DNA of 64,000 nt from Squalus acanthias (lineage: Eukaryota). A program made the translations under genes and the position numbers. The notes below the pieces were generated by a model. That model did no database searches, was not told where the DNA came from, and saw only the letters and a list, made by a program, of their open reading frames with translations. Positions 11,740 through 25,844 of this stretch are shown piece after piece (position 1 is the stretch's first letter; each line of letters starts with the position of its first letter). Location: the NCBI GenBank assembly GCA_030390025.1, contig CM059432.1, forward strand, positions 151,840,001 through 151,904,000. Reading direction: 5' to 3'.

Positions 11740-12094
11740 GTAAGATTGATTCGTTCAGGTTTTTCACCAAAGTTTTTTATCTCCCTTTGCCGCTGATTAA
11801 TGAATCGTTGCCATGATACTAAAAATGCTTGAAATTGTGTATTGTTATCTTTGTCAAACATTGTAATTTTTTTTACATTTTGACACTCGTAATATTAAAA
11901 TCATCAATTAATTTATTTATGTGAAACTGGGAAAAATAATTGCACATTAGAATCTGGTATACAATGTAGCTAGTTGATTATTTATAATTTGCCTTTTAAT
12001 TCTGACTTGGAACTTCATTCTAATACAGTATAATGTTACCGCTGAAAATGTTTCAGGGTTCATTTTATTTATGGAAATTTGAAGTGTGAATGGT

Positions 12095-12300
12095 GGCCAG
12101 GACACCAGGCGAACTCCCTGCTCTTCGAATAGTGCATGGGGATCTTGTACATCCAGACAGGGCTTCAGTTTAACGTCTCATCTAAAAGTCAGCAAACCCA
12201 ACGATGCAGCACTGCCTCAGTATACCACCGAAGTGATAGCCTCGATATGTGCTGACGTCCTGCTGTGGGGCTTGAACCCACAACCTTTTGACTCGATTGA
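12095..12300 (-). mobile_element. Partial, decayed DeuSINE-like SINE
   Basis: Similar to 17113-17335 (ggccaggacacc..ctcttcgaatagtgc..tttaacgtctcatc..cttgaacccacaacctt). Confidence 0.7.
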
Positions 12301-12439
12301 GGCGAGCATGATACTAACTGTGTACTTTATGCAGTGCTTTATGCAACCTTCAGATTTGTTAGCGTTTCTCCCCATCCCCTTGTGCATCTCGCGCTGGACT
12401 GATTTCTCTCGTTTCTGTCCCATTTTCTTTTCCTGCCTC

Positions 12440-12910
12440 CTGAGTCTTCTATGAGCTCATCTCGTTCATAAGGCCTAACTCCTGCTCCCTCAATCCCATT
12501 TGTATGAAGTTTTGACCACCAAACTTCCCTTCTTAACTGTTAATGGTTACCTGTCTTAAGGCACTGTTCACCTTTCTTTCAAATCCCGCGTCACCAACCA
12601 GTCCTCAAAAATCCACCCTCCACTCCTTTCTTCCGTCAAACTACTGCTTCATCTCCAACTTGCTCTTCCTCTCAAGTCCTTGAATATATTGCCTACTAAT
12701 TTTCTGCCCATCTCTCCCAGAACTCCCTGTTTGAAGCACTCCAGTCAGGTTTCTGGCTCTGGCAGCTCTAAAACAGCTCTTACCAACCCGACTGTGACCA
12801 TGGTGCATCATCCCTCATCGTCCTCTTTAACCTCTCTGCAGCTTACAATACAGTTCACCACACTATCCGCCAATGTCTCTCTGTTCTCCAGCAGGGCTAT
12901 TCACTGATGA
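12440..12910 (+). mobile_element. Old L2 fragment
   Basis: Decayed similarity to the L2 RT region seen on the minus strand at 36300-36760. Confidence 0.55.
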
Positions 12911-12974
12911 TTCCAGAGTGTTGAGTTCCATTTACAATGTTGATAATGAAGTATACCATTCTAACTAACATCAG

Positions 12975-13730
12975 AACTTGGACACCATCCATGTTTGTGC
13001 TGACAAGTGGTAGGTTACATTTGCACTATGCAAGTGCCAGGTAATGACTGTCTTGAATGAGAAAAAGCCCATCCAACTCTGTCTGATCTTCAATGGCACC
13101 ACCATCGCCAAGAGCCCCACCATCAACATCCTTTAGTGGGAGGGGTAGCGGGCCGGTGGGGGTCACCATTTGCCAGAAGCTGAACTGGGATTCACATCTG
13201 AACACCGTGGCTACAAGATCAGCATAGAGGCTGAGTACTCTGATGAGTGGCTCACCTCCGTCAAAGCTTCTCCACCATATTTAAGGCTCAAGCTGAGAGT
13301 GTGATAAGTACTTGGCTGTATGGGTGCAGCCGCAACAACACTAAAGAAATTCAACACCATCTAAGACATAGCAGTTCATTTCATTGGTACCCCTGCCACC
13401 AAAATTAATACATGTTCCCTCCATCACTGGTGTACTGTAGTTGTACAGGATACACTGTAGCAACTCACCAAGGTTAGATTGGCAGCTCCTCCCCCTCCTG
13501 CAACATGTACCACCAAGGACAAGCAGTAGTGTCGTGAGAGCGCTATCCCCTCCAAGTCACACACCATCTTAACTTGGACATCTGTCACCTTTTCTTCATT
13601 GTCGGTGGGTCAGCGAGCTACAATTCCTCACCTAACACCATTGTAGGACTGCAGCTGTTCAAGGAGAAGACTTGCCATCACCACCTCACGATAACTAGGG
13701 ATGGGCAAAACCTGTGGCCTTGCCAGCATC
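12975..13730 (+). mobile_element. Old copy of the second CR1/L2-group LINE lineage (3' end)
   Basis: Decayed similarity to 52950-53745 (gctgacaagtgg..aagtgccagg..ctagggatgggcaa). Confidence 0.7.
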
Positions 13731-13935
13731 ATCCAGATTTTAAGATTGGTGGGACTACCCTTGCTTGGTTCCACTTTTACTTGTTCAATTGTGAACAAAG
13801 AATCTGCAGCAATGGCTTCTCTTCCCACTTTTGTACCATTAGTTTGTGAGTCTCTCTTTGGCTCCTCCTCTTCCTAAATCACATGCAATGCCCTTGACAA
13901 TGACATCTGCCGACTTGGGGTCAGCTTTCACAGTA

Positions 13936-15293
13936 CATAAGAACATAAGAAATAGGAGCAGGAATAGGCCACTTGGCCCCTCGAGCCTGCTCCGCCATTC
14001 AATAAGATCATGGCTGATCTTGGGCTCAAAGCCACTTCCCAGCCCGCTCCCCATAACCCTTCACTCCCTTATCTTGCAAAAATTTGTCTCTCTCCACCTT
14101 AAATATATTTAATGACCCAGCCTCCACAGCTCTCTGGGGCAGAGAATTCCACAGATTTACGACCCTCAGAGAAGAAATTCCTCCTCATCTCAGTTCTAAA
14201 AGGGTGACCCTTTATTCCGAAACTGTGCCCCCGAGTTCTAGATTCCCCCATGAGGGGAAACATCCTCTCTGCATCTACTTTGTCGAGCCTCCTCAGTATC
14301 TTATATGTTTCAATAAGATCACCTCTCATTCTTCTAAATTCCAATGAGTATATAGGCCCAGCCTGCTCAACCTTTCCTCATAAATTAACCTAGTGAATCG
14401 TCTCTGAACTGCCTCCAATGCAAGTATATCCTTCCTTAAATAAGGAGACCAAAACTGTACGCAGTACTCAAGGTGTGGTCTCACCAATGTACAGTTGTAG
14501 CAGGACTTCCCTGCTTTTATACTCCAACCCCCTTGAAATAAAGGCCAACATTCCATTTGCCTTTTTGATTACTTGCTGCACCTGCATGCTAACTTTTTGT
14601 GTTTCATGCACAAGGACCCCCCAGGTCCTTCTGAACTGTAGCATTTTGTAATCTCTCTCCATTTAAATAATAGTTTGCTTTTTTATTTTTCCTGCCAAAG
14701 TGGATAACCTCGCACTTTCCCACATTATACTCCATCTGCCAAATGTTTTCCCACTCACTTAGCCTGTCTATGTCCCTTTGCAGGTTATTTGTGTCCTCTG
14801 CACAACCTGCTTTCCCACCCATCTTTGTATCATCCGCAAACTTGGCTACATTACACTCGGTCCCTTCATCCAAGTCATTAATGTAGATTGTAAATAGTTG
14901 AGGCCCCAGCACCGATCCCTGTGGCACCCCACCAGTTACTGTTTGCCAACCGGAAAATGACCCATTTATCCCGACTCTCTGCTTTCTGTTAGTTAGCCAA
15001 TTCTCTATCCATGCTAATATATTACCCCCAATTCCGTGAGCTCTTATCTTATTCAGTAACCTTTTATGTGGCACTTTATCGAATGCCTTCTGGAAATCCA
15101 AATACACCACATCCACTGGCTCACCTTTGTCCACCCTGCTCGTTACATCCTCAAAGAACTCCAGCAAATTTGTTAAACATGATTTCCCTTTCATAAAACT
15201 ATGCTGACTCTGCTTGACTGCATTATGATTTTCCAAATGCCCTGCTACTGCTTCCTTAATGAAGGACTCCAGCATTTTCCCAACGACAGATGT
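13936..15293 (-). mobile_element. 5'-truncated CR1 LINE (RT domain and 3' end)
   Basis: SVVGKMLES..QHSFMKGKSCLTNLLEFFE..YLDFQKAFDKVPH..KFADDTK in ORF 14604-15374. Frameshifts follow downstream. (cttatg)-type tail at 13936. Confidence 0.92.
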
Positions 15294-15399
15294 ACACTGA
15301 TTACACCCAGTTGTATTTCTCCATCGCATATCTTGACCTTTCCATTGTCCCTGTGCTGTCGCACGGTTTGACATTCAGTCTTGGATGAGCTGCAATTTT

Positions 15400-18300
15400 C
15401 TCCAGCTAAATATTATCTCCAGTCCTGTGCCATGTGGGAAGTCCAGGATACTTCTCGTGTCCTGGACAACCACATGTGCAGGCAGCATCATCAGCTGGCT
15501 TGAACTCTGGGTTTCGGAGCTTGAGCAGCGGTTGGCGTCACTGTAGTGCATCCGCAAGGCTGAGAGCTTCATGGATAGCACATTTTAGCAGGTGCTCACC
15601 CCGCAGCTTAACAGTTTGCAGGCAGAGAGGGAATGGATGACTGCCAGACAGACGAGGAGGACCAGGCAGGTAGTGCAGGAGTCCTCTGAGTGCATCTCGC
15701 TCTCCAACCAGGCTGCTGTGCATACTGGTGAGGACAGTGGTTCCTCTGGGGAGCACAGCAAGCACCAAGTCCATGGCACCATGGGTGGCTCAGCTGTACG
15801 GGGGGAGGAGGAAGGTCAAAAAAGCAATAGCGATAGATCAATAATTAGGGGAACAGACAGGCATTTCTGTGGCCGCAGACGTAACTCCAGGATGGCATGT
15901 TGCCTCCCTGGTGCCAGGGTCAAGGATGTCACTGAGCAGCTGCACAACATTCTGAGGGGGGAGGGTGAACAGCCAGAGGTCGTGGTCCATATCGGTACCA
16001 ATGCCATAGGTAGAAAGAGGGATGAGGTCCTGCAGGCAGATTTTAGGGAGTTAGGAAAGATTAATAAGCAGGACCTCAAAGGTAGTAATCTCCGGATTAC
16101 TCCCGGTGCCATGCGCTCGTGAGTACAGAAATAGGAGGATAGGGCGGATGAATGCGTGACTGGAGAGATGGTGCAGGAGGGGAGGGCTTTAGATTCCTGC
16201 GGCATTGGGACCAGTTCTGGGGGAGTTGGGACCTGTACAGGACGGGCGGGTTGCACCTCAACAGTGCCGTGACCAATATCCTCGTGGGGAGGTTTGCTAG
16301 TGCTGTTGGGGGAGGTTTAAACTAGCTTGGCCGGGGCATGGAAACCAGAGCGTAGATTCAGAAGGGAGAGAAGCAAAGCTGGAAGTGGAAGGCAGTAAAT
16401 TAGTAAGTGAGTTTGTAAGGCAGAGGAAACAAATGTTAGAAAATAGACAACAAAGGGGTTTGGCATTGCTTAATGGTATAAACTTCAATGCAAGGAGTCT
16501 AGTGAATAAGGCAGATGAGCTGAGAGCACAGATAGATATGTGGAAGTATGATATCATAGCTCTACTGAAACATGGCTGAAAGAAGGGCAGGAATGGCAGC
16601 TCAACATTCCTGGTTACAGGGTTTTCAGATGAGATAGAGAGGGGGATAAAAAAGGAGTAGGGGTCGCAATATTGGTTAAAGAAGCAATTACAGCTGTGAG
16701 GAGGGATGATATGTTAGAAGGATCATCAAATGAGGGCATATGGGTTAAACTGAAGAGCAAAAAAGGGGCCATTACACTGCTGGGAGTGTACTATAGACCC
16801 CCAAATAGTCAGAGGGAGATAGAAGAGCAAATATTCAGGTGAATTTCTGAGAAGTGCAAAAACAATAGGGCCGTAATAGGGGATTTCAACTACCCTAACA
16901 TTAAAGAAAGAAAGACTTGCATTTTATAGTGCCTTTCACGACCACCAGACGTCTCAAAGCGCTTTACAGCCAATGAAGTACTTTTGGAGTGTAGCCACTG
17001 TTGTAATGTGGGAAACGTGGCAGCCACTTTGCGCACAGCATGCTCCCACAAACAGCAATGTGATAAGGACCAGATAATCTGTTTTTGTTATGTGGATTGA
17101 GGGATAAATATTGGCCAGGACACCGGGGTTAACTCCCCTGCTCTTCTTCGAAATAGTGCCTTGTGATCTTTTACATCCACCTGAGAGAGCAGACGGGGCC
17201 TCGATTTAACGTCTCATCCGAAAGACAGCACCTCCAACAGTGCAGCACTCCCTCAGCACTGCACTGGTGTGTCAGCCTAGCTTTATGTGCTCAAGTCCTT
17301 GGAGTGGGACTTGAACCCACAACCTTCTGACTCAGAGGCAAGTGTGCTACCCACTAAGCCACAGCTGACACTATTAAGTGGGATAGAATCAGTGTAAAAG
17401 GTATAGAGGGCGCAAAATTCTTAAAATGCATTCAGGAGAACTTTATTAGCCAGTATGTAGCAAGCCCAACAAAAGAGGGGGAGGGTTCTGGACTTAGTTT
17501 TAGGGAATGAAGCTGGGCAGGTGGAAGGGATATCAGTGGGAGAGCATTTTGGCCGTCGTGATCATAATTCAGTTAGATTTAGATTTAGCGTCGTTATGGA
17601 AAAGGACAAAGATAGATCAGGAGTAAAAGTTCTCGTTTGGGGAAAGGCCAATTTTATTAAGCTCAGATGTGATTTAGCAAAAGTGGACTGGAAACAGCTA
17701 CTTGAAGATAAATCAGTGTCAGGGCAGTGGGAGGCATTCAAGGAGGAGATAGTGAGGGTTCAGAGCAAATATGTTCCCACGAAGAAAAAGGGTGGGATTC
17801 CCAAATCTAGAGCCCCTTGGATGTCAAGGGGTATACAGGGTAGGATAAGGCAAAAACAGGAAGCTTATGTCAGATACCGAGAGCTAAACACTGCAGAAAG
17901 CCTAGAGGAGTATAGAAAGTGCAGGGGTGAAATTAAAAAGGAAATTAGGAAAGCAAAGAGAGAGCATGAAAAAATATTGATAAGTAAAATCAAGGAAAAC
18001 CCAAAGATGTTTTATAAATACATAAAGAGCAAGAGGATGATTAAAGAAAGAGTAGGGCCTATTAGAGACCAAAAAAGAAGGTTGTGTGTGGAGGCGGAAG
18101 ACATGGGCATGATTCTTAATGAATACTTTGTGTCTGTCTTCACAAAAGGAGGGGGACGATACAGATGTTGTAGTTAAGGAGGAGGAATGTGAAGTATTAA
18201 GGGGTTTAGCATCTTTGAAAGTAGATAAATCCCCAGGCCCGGATGAAATGTATCCCAGGCTGTTAAGAGAAGCAAGGGAGGAAATAGTGGAGGCTCTGAC

Positions 18301-19741
18301 CATCATTTTCCAATCCTCTCTGGCTACAGGTGTGGTACTGGAGGACTGCTAACGTTATACCGTTGTTTTAAAAGGGAGCAAGGGATAGACCAAGTAATTA
18401 CAGGCCAGTCAGTCTAACCTTGGTGGTGGGAAAATTGTTGAAAAAAGTTCTGAGAGATTTAGAAAGGCACGTATGCATGGATTTGTTGAGGGAGGGTCGT
18501 GTCTGACTAACTTGATTGAATTTTTTGAGGAGGTAACAAGGAGGGTTGATGAGCGTAGTGCGTTTGTAGTCTACATGGATTTTAGCAAGGCTTTTGACAA
18601 GGTCCCAGATTGGTAAGAAAAGTAAAAGCCCACAGGATCCAAGGGAAAGTGGCAAGTTGGATCCAAAATTGGCTCAGTGGCAGGAAGCAAAGGGTGATGG
18701 TCGACGGATGTCTTTGTGACTGGAAAGCTATTTCCAGTGGGGTTCCGCAGGGCTCAGTACTAGGTCCCTTGCTTTTTGTGGTATACATCAATGATTTAGA
18801 CTTCAATGTAGGGGGCATGATTAAGAAGTTTGCAGATGATACATAAATTGGTCCTGTGGTTGACAGTGAGGAAGAAAGTTGTAGACTGCAGGAAGATATC
18901 AATGAACTGGTCAGGTGGGCAGAACAGTGGCAAATGGAATTCAATCTGGAGAAGTGTGAGGTAATGCATTTGGGGAAGGCCAACAAGGCAAGGGAATGCA
19001 CAATAAATAGTAGGATACTGAGAAGTATAGAGGAACAGAGGGACCTTGGAGTGCTTGTCAACAGAGTCCTGAAGGTAGCAGGACAGGTAGATAAGGTGGT
19101 TAAGAAGGCATACGGGATACTTTCCTTTATTAGCCGAGGCATAGAATACAAGAGCAGGGAGGTTCTGCTTGAACTGTATAAAACACTAGTTAGGCCACAG
19201 CTAGTGTACTGTGTACAATTCTGGTCACCACATTACAGGAAAGATGTGATTGCATGAGAGATGGTACAGAGGAGATTGACGAGGATGTTGCCGGGACTGG
19301 AGAATGTTAGCTATGAGGAAAGATTGGATAGGCTGGGGTTATTTTCTTTAAAACAGAGGAGGCTGAGGAGAGACTTGATTGATGTGTATAAAATTATGAG
19401 GAGCCTGGATAGAGTGGATAGGAAGGACCTATTTCCCCGAGCAGAGAGGTCAGTAACCAGGGGGCATAGATTTAAAGTAATTGGCAGAAGGATTAGAGGG
19501 GAGTTGAGAATTATTTTCACCCAGAGGGTGGTGGGGGTCTGGAACTCACTGCCTGAAAGGGTGGCAGAGGCAGAAATCCTCATCGCATTTAAAAAGTACT
19601 TGGTCTGCACTTGAAGTGCCGTAATCTACAGGGCTACGGACCAAGAGCTGGAAAGTGGGATTAGGCTGGATAGCTCTTTTTCGGCCGGCACAGACACGAT
19701 GGGTCGAATGGCCTCCTTCTGTGCTGTAAATTTCTATGACT
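15400..19741 (+). mobile_element. Near full-length but disrupted CR1 LINE (ORF1 esterase plus ORF2 APE/RT)
   Basis: ORF1 remnants CCLPGARVKD..VVHIGTN (SGNH-esterase-like). ORF2 pieces NARSLVNK, DKSPGPD, GVPQGSVLGP, KFADDT and TQRVVGVWNSLP, broken by stops and frameshifts. 3' tail atttctatgact. Confidence 0.93.
16905..17372 (-). mobile_element. Full-length tRNA-derived DeuSINE-like (SacSINE1-like) SINE inserted in the CR1 endonuclease region
   Basis: The minus strand has gtggcttagtggg (A box), gggttcaagtccc (B box), a central domain and an L2-like tail ending (cttt)n. attaa is duplicated at 16900-16904 and 17373-17377. Confidence 0.85.
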
Positions 19742-19744
19742 CAG

Positions 19745-20512
19745 TCACTGTCAGAAGCAACATATCCGTGCCAACTCCATCCCCCTCTGTAGCATCTATT
19801 TCAGACTGAACCAGACTGTTCACAACCTTGGCAGCCTGTTTGACACCAAGCTGGGTTTGCAACACCATATACTCTTCATCACAAAGACCACCTACTCCTG
19901 ATTCCCCCCTTAGCTCAGCCCATCTACAAATGAAACCTCATCCAGGTCTTTGTCACCTGCAGACTCGACTTTTCGAATGCGCTCCTGGCTCGCCTCCCCA
20001 TCCTCTACCCTCTAAACTTCAGGCTCATCCAAAACTCTGTATCCTAATCCCGCACCAACTTTCGCTTACCAGTCGCTCCTCTCCTCGCTGACTTATATTG
20101 GCTCCTGGTCCCCCTCCCATTCCTATATAAGTAATCTTTGCCACCCCTACAAAATCTTCTCTCTTAAACCACCCCTCCCCCCACCCCCCCCCCCCCCCCC
20201 CCCCCCCCCCCAACTTTGCCTGGAACAGTGTTCCTCTGACTCCAGTTTCTTCTGCATTCACCTCCCATCACCCCCTACCATAGGTGGCAGTGCCTTCAGG
20301 CGGCTAGGCTATATGTTCTGGATTTCCCTTCCTAAACCCCTCTGTCTCTACACCTCCCTCCCCTCCTTTAAGATGCTCCTTAAAACCTACCTCTTTGATC
20401 AAGCTCTGGTTATCCATCCTAATATCTCCTCCTTGGGCTCAGAGAAAGGATTTTATTTGCTTGCACCTCCATGAAGTGTCTACTATAAAAGCACTGTATC
20501 AATGCAATTTGT
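19745..20512 (+). mobile_element. Decayed L2 3' fragment containing a poly-C run
   Basis: Inverse-similar to 8145-8900 (ctcctttaagatgctccttaaaacctacctctttga). C-run at about 20183-20211. Confidence 0.75.
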
Positions 20513-21499
20513 TGGTAGAATTTTTAAAAATGAAAGTGCTTTGATCAAGGAGTCGACTTTTTAAGCAAATGGATTTAAACATTGGAATTGGTAATAAACT
20601 AGATAGTCTCAAAAATGTAAGCCAAATTGCAGTTTAAAAATGTCCCTATGTTTTAGCAAGTTGATATCACTGTCAACATTATATTCCATAAATCATAGTA
20701 AGCAATGCACTGGACAGCCAGTTGAACTTGGAATGAATTAAGCTAGCAAATCACTTACAGAAGGTCACTGGGGCTAAATTCACTGCTGTCTTCAGGAAGA
20801 AAGATCCCACTCTGATCCTGGAGCAAAGATGGGAAGAGTATATATGGAAGATAGATATTAGGTGCTTAGTTATATATTTTTTCAACGAGCTAGTAAGGCA
20901 TTGGGATCTGAGTGAAAGCACATGGATTTTTTTAAAGAGAATACTAGACAGAGGTATGGGAAAATTTGACAGAAACTGTAACTTGGCAACAATACCTGAA
21001 AATTTGAAGAAAAGAAGAGATATTCCTCTGAATTATGAGTCAGTGAGTTTGACATCGTACTCATAAAAAAAACAACAAAAAAAGTTTTATGGAGCCCTTT
21101 AGATTTTTTTATTTGTTTCCACCAGTACCACGGCTATCTGTTGAAAACCATAGAATAATAGTGTGTACAAGGGTTAATTTCCCCCATTCCCGCTGGGGAA
21201 CTGTACTTGGAGAGAGTTTGGCTTGGAGAATCAGGGCTATAGTGTTGTAGCCCTCTTTTCAATGTGGAGTCCCTTCAAACACAGCTTCTCACTGAAAGCA
21301 TGAGATCATGGAATTTACCCTGTAGTGCCTTATGTCAAAACAGTTCAAGGTTCTCTACACAAGATTTTTTTCGACTGCACCAAGTGTTATGTAGCCAAGC
21401 ATAGCAACCATTTGTGCTAGTAATGTCTCCTGATTTTTGTATTGGTATCTTTACCATCCACCTGAAGAAGTGAACTTCGGTTTAATGTCTCACTGAAAG

Positions 21500-22965
21500 C
21501 GGATAGCTAACGTAATACCGATATTTAAGAAGGGGGATAGAACATGTCCAGGGAATTATAGACCAGTCAGCTTAACATTGGTGGTAGAAAAAATAATGGA
21601 ATCCCGATTAAAGGAGAAAATAGAAGAACATCTGGAAACCAAAAATATAATAATGAATAGTCAACATGGATTTCAAAAGGGAAAGTCTTGCTTGACCAAC
21701 CTCATTGAATTTTTTGAAGAGGTAACAGAGAAAGTAGACAATGGTAATGCAGTAGATGTAATTTATCTGGATTTTTGAAAGGCCTTCGATAAGGTACCCC
21801 ATAATAGACTCATGAACAAGGTCAGAGAATGTGGAACAGGGGACAAGTAGCAGAATGGATTGCTGGCTGGCTTCATGACAGAAAGCAGAGAGTAGGAGTA
21901 AAGGGTAGCTATTCACAGTGGCAGAAGGTGGGTAGTGGTGTTCCACAAGGATCAGTGCTGGGACCACTGCTGTTTGCAATTTACATTAACGATTTAGACT
22001 TAGGAATCAAAAACACAATTTCTAAATTTGCGAATGACACCAAATTGGGGGGGATAGTCAATACTGAGGAGGACTGCAACAAGTTACAGGAGGACATTAA
22101 TAAACTTGCAGAATGGGCATATAATTGGCAAATGAAGTTCAACACAGATAAATGTGAGATATTACATTTTGGCAGGAAGAATAGGGAGGTCACTTATCAC
22201 TTGGAGGGTGCGAGTCTAGGTGGGGTAGAGGAACAAAGGGATCTCGGAATACAAATACACAAATCACTAAAAGCTGTGACACAGGTTAGCAAGGCCATAA
22301 AAAAAGCAAACCAAGCACTAGGGTTTATTTCTAGAGGGATAGAATTGAAAAGTAGTTAAGTTATGTTAAACCTGTATCGAACCTTGGTTAGACCACACTT
22401 GGAGTACTGCATACAGTTCTGGTCGCCATATTATAAAAAGGATATAGAGGCACTGGAGAGGTTGCAGAGAAGATTTACAAGGATGATACCAGAAATGCAA
22501 GGGTATACATATCAGGAAAGGATGAACAGGCTGGGTCTCTTTTCTCTTGAAAAAAGGAAGCTGAGGGGGTGACCTAATAGAGGTCTTTAAAATTATGAAA
22601 AATTTTGATAGAGTGGATACAGAGAGAATGTTTCCACTTGTGGGGAAGAGCATAACTAGAGGCCATCAATATAAGATAGTCACCAAGAAATCCAACAGGG
22701 AATTCAGAAGAAACTTCTTTACCCAAAGAGTGGTGAGAATGTGGAACTCGCTACCACAGGGAGTGGTTCAAGCAAATAGTACAGATGCATTTAAGGGGAG
22801 GCTAGACAAGCATATGAGGGAAAAGGGAATAGAGGGTTATGCTGATAGATTTAGATGAGGAAAGACGGGAGGAGGCTCGTGTGGAGCATAAACGCTGGCA
22901 TGGACTGGTTGGGCCGAATGGCCTGTTTCTGTGCCCGATATCCTATGTAATGTAATCCTATGTAA
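21500..22965 (+). mobile_element. 5'-truncated CR1 LINE
   Basis: GNYRPVSL, QHGFQKGKSCLTNLIEFFE, GVPQGSVLGP and RRNFFTQRVVRMWNSLP. Tail of atcctatgta repeats. Confidence 0.92.
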
Positions 22966-23287
22966 TGAAAGGATATTGTCTGTGTCAATGCAACACACTC
23001 TCAGTTTTGCACTATAGTGTCAATCTAGATTATGTACTTGAAGCCCTGGTGTGGGACTGAAACACAAAATTCTGACCGAGCATTAGTAAGTCATTCGGAA
23101 TTTGTGAACAGATCAGTACAAGAATAAGAAAAGAAAGTCAAGCATAAGGGTACTTGACAGGAAAAAGAGCAAACTTCATTGGAATGATGCTGAAGAGAAT
23201 GGATGAACAATAGGCCCTAGTGCAGGAGTGGGGAATTATTTGGGCTGGAGGGCCACTTAAGTTTTGGTGAGCTATTGAGGGCCACAC

Positions 23288-25812
23288 AGGATGGTGTGTG
23301 ACTTGATGGGGAACTTGGAGGTGGTGGTGTTCCCATGCGCCTGCTGCCCTTGTCCTTCTAGGTGGAAGAGGTTGCGGGTTTGGGAGGTGTTGCCAAAGAA
23401 GCCTTGGCGAATTGCTGCAGTGCATCTTGTAGATGGTACACACTGCAGCCACAGTGCACCGGTGGTGGAGGGAGTGAATGTTTAAGGTGGTGGATGGGGT
23501 GCCAATCAAGCGGGCTGCTTTGTCCTGGATGATGTTGGAGCTGCACTCATCCAGGCAAGTGGAGAGTATTCCATTACACTCCTTACTTGTTCGTTGTAGA
23601 TGGTGGAAAGGCTTTGGGGAGTCAGGAGGTGAGACATTCGCTGCAGAATACCTAGCCTCTGACCTGCTCTTGTTGCCACAGTATTTATGTGGCTGGTGCA
23701 GTTAAGTTTCTGGTCAATGGTGGCCCCCAGGATGTTGATGGTGGGGGTTTCGGCGATGGTAATGCCGTTGAATATCAAGGGGAGGTGGTTAGACTCTTGC
23801 TTGTTGGAGATCGTCATTGCCTGGCACTTCTGTGGCGCGAATGTTACCTGCCACTTATCAGCCCAAGCCTGAACGTCGTCCAGGTCTTGTTGCATGCGGG
23901 CATGGACTGCTTCATTATCTGAGGAGTTGTGAATGGCGCTGAATACTGTGCAGTCATCAGCGAACATCCCCATTTCTGACCTTATGTTGGAGGGAAGGTC
24001 ATTGATGAAGCAGCTGAAGATGGTTGGGCGTAGGACACTGCCCTGAGGAACTCCTGCAGCGATGTCCTGGGGCTGTGATGATTGACCTTCAACCACCACA
24101 ACCATCTTCCTTTGTGCTAGGTATGACTCCAGCCAGTGGAGTGTTTTCCCCCTGATTCCCATTGACTTCAGTTTTACTAGGGCTCCTTGATGCCACACTC
24201 AGTCAAATGCTGCCTTGATGTCAAGAGCAGTCACTCTCACCTCACCTCTGGAATTCAGCTCCTTTGTCCATGTTTGGACCACGGCTGTAATGAGGAGTTC
24301 TTGGCGGAACCCAAACTGGGCATCAGTGAGCAGGTTATTGGTGAGTAAGTGCCACTTGATAGCACTGTCGATGACACCTTCCATCACTTTGCTGATGATT
24401 GAGAGTAGACTGATGGGGCGGTAATTGGCCGGGTTGGATTTGTCCTGCTTTTTGTGGACAGGACATACCTGGGCAGTTTTCCACATTGTCGGATAGATGC
24501 CAGTGTTGTAGCTGTACTGGAACAGCTTGGCTAGAGGCACGGCTAGTTCTGGAGCACAAGTCTTCAGCACGATAGCCGGGATGTTGTCATGGCCCCTAGC
24601 CTTTGCTGTATCCAGTGCGCTCGGCCGTTTCTTGATATCACGTGGAGTGAATCAAATTGGCTGAAGACTGGCTTCTGTGATGGTGGGGACCTCAGGAGTA
24701 GGCCGATATGGATCATCCACTCGGTACTTCTATTTGAAGATGGTTGTAAACGCTTCAGCCTTGTCTTTTGCATTCGCGTGCTGTGCTCCACCATCATTGA
24801 GGATGGGGATATTCATGGAGCCTCCTCCTCCCGTTAGTTGTTTAATGGTCCACCACCATTCACGACTGGATGTGGCAGGACTGCAGAGCTTTGATTTTAT
24901 CCGTTGGTTGTGGGATCGCTTAGCCTTGTCTATAGCATGCTGCTTCCGCTTTTTCGTATTCATGTAGTCCTGTGTTGCAGCTTCCCCAGGTTGGCACCTC
25001 AGTTTTAGGTAAGCCTGGTGCTGCTCCTGGCATGCTCTTCTACACTCCTTATTGAACCAGGGTTGGTCCCCTGGCTTGATGGTAGTGGTAGAGTGAGGGA
25101 TATGCCGGGTCATGAGGTTACAGATTGTGGTGGAATACAATTCTGCTGCTGCTGATGGCCCACAGCGCCTCATGGATGCCCAGTTTTGAGCTGCTAGATC
25201 TGTTCTGAATCTATCCCATTTAGCACGGTGGTCGTGCCACACAACACGATGGAGGGTGTCCTCAGTGAGAAGACGGGACTTCGTCTCCACAATGGCTGTG
25301 TGGTGGTCACTGCTACCAATACTGTCATGGACAGATGCATCTGCGACAGGTAGATTGGTGACGACAAGGTGAAGTAGGTTTTTCCCTCGTGTTGGTTCTC
25401 TCCCCACCTGTCGCAGGCCCAGACTGGCAGTTATGTCCTTCAGAACTCGGCTAGCTCGGTCAGTAGTGGTGCTACCGAGCCACTCTTTGTGATGGACATT
25501 GAAGTCCCCCACCCAGAGTACATTTTGTGCCCTTGCTACTCTCAGTGTTTCTTCCAAGTGGTGTTCAACATGGAGGAGTACTGATTCATCAGCTGAGGGA
25601 GGGCGGTAGGTGGTAATCAGCAGGAGGTTTCCTTGCCCATGCTGGACCTGAATCCATGAGACTTCATGGGGTCCAGAGTCAATGTTGAGGACTCCCAGGG
25701 CCACTCCTTCCTGACTTTGTACCACTGTGCCTCCACCCCTGGTGGGTCTGTCCTGCCGATGGGACAGGACATACCCAGGGATGGTAATGGAGGAGTTTGG
25801 GACATTGGCTGA
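23288..25812 (-). mobile_element. Second-lineage CR1/L2-group non-LTR retrotransposon, ORF2 (APE plus RT), disrupted
   Basis: ORF 24730-25845 has APE motifs YRPP, GDFN and SDH. ORF 24199-24570 has NYRPISLLS..QFGFR..DIKAAFD. ORF 23506-24198 has GVPQGSVL..FADD. Confidence 0.9.
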
Positions 25813-25844
25813 ATTCACCGGGATGATACCATGAATGGGAAACA

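Noticed and set aside
11740..11816. ORF-track extensions of CLASP2 exons (also 44459-44645, 44817-44920, 54826-54962, 56265-56354)
   Set aside because: Read-through into introns beyond canonical GT/AG boundaries. Similarity to CLASP stops at the splice sites.
17902..19151. Antisense ORFs over LINEs (also 59260-59802, 60006-60332, 62361-63982)
   Set aside because: Shadow frames of CR1 ORF2 that recur in every copy, with no independent coding evidence.
20183..20211. Long C homopolymers (also about 41511-41530)
   Set aside because: Simple repeats. They are potential G-quadruplexes on the minus strand, but nothing else supports function and their length may be a sequencing artefact.
21170..21321. 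Small MITE-like inverted ends (also about 27119-27240)
   Set aside because: The TIRs are short and degenerate with no clear TSD. Plausible, but not supportable by eye.
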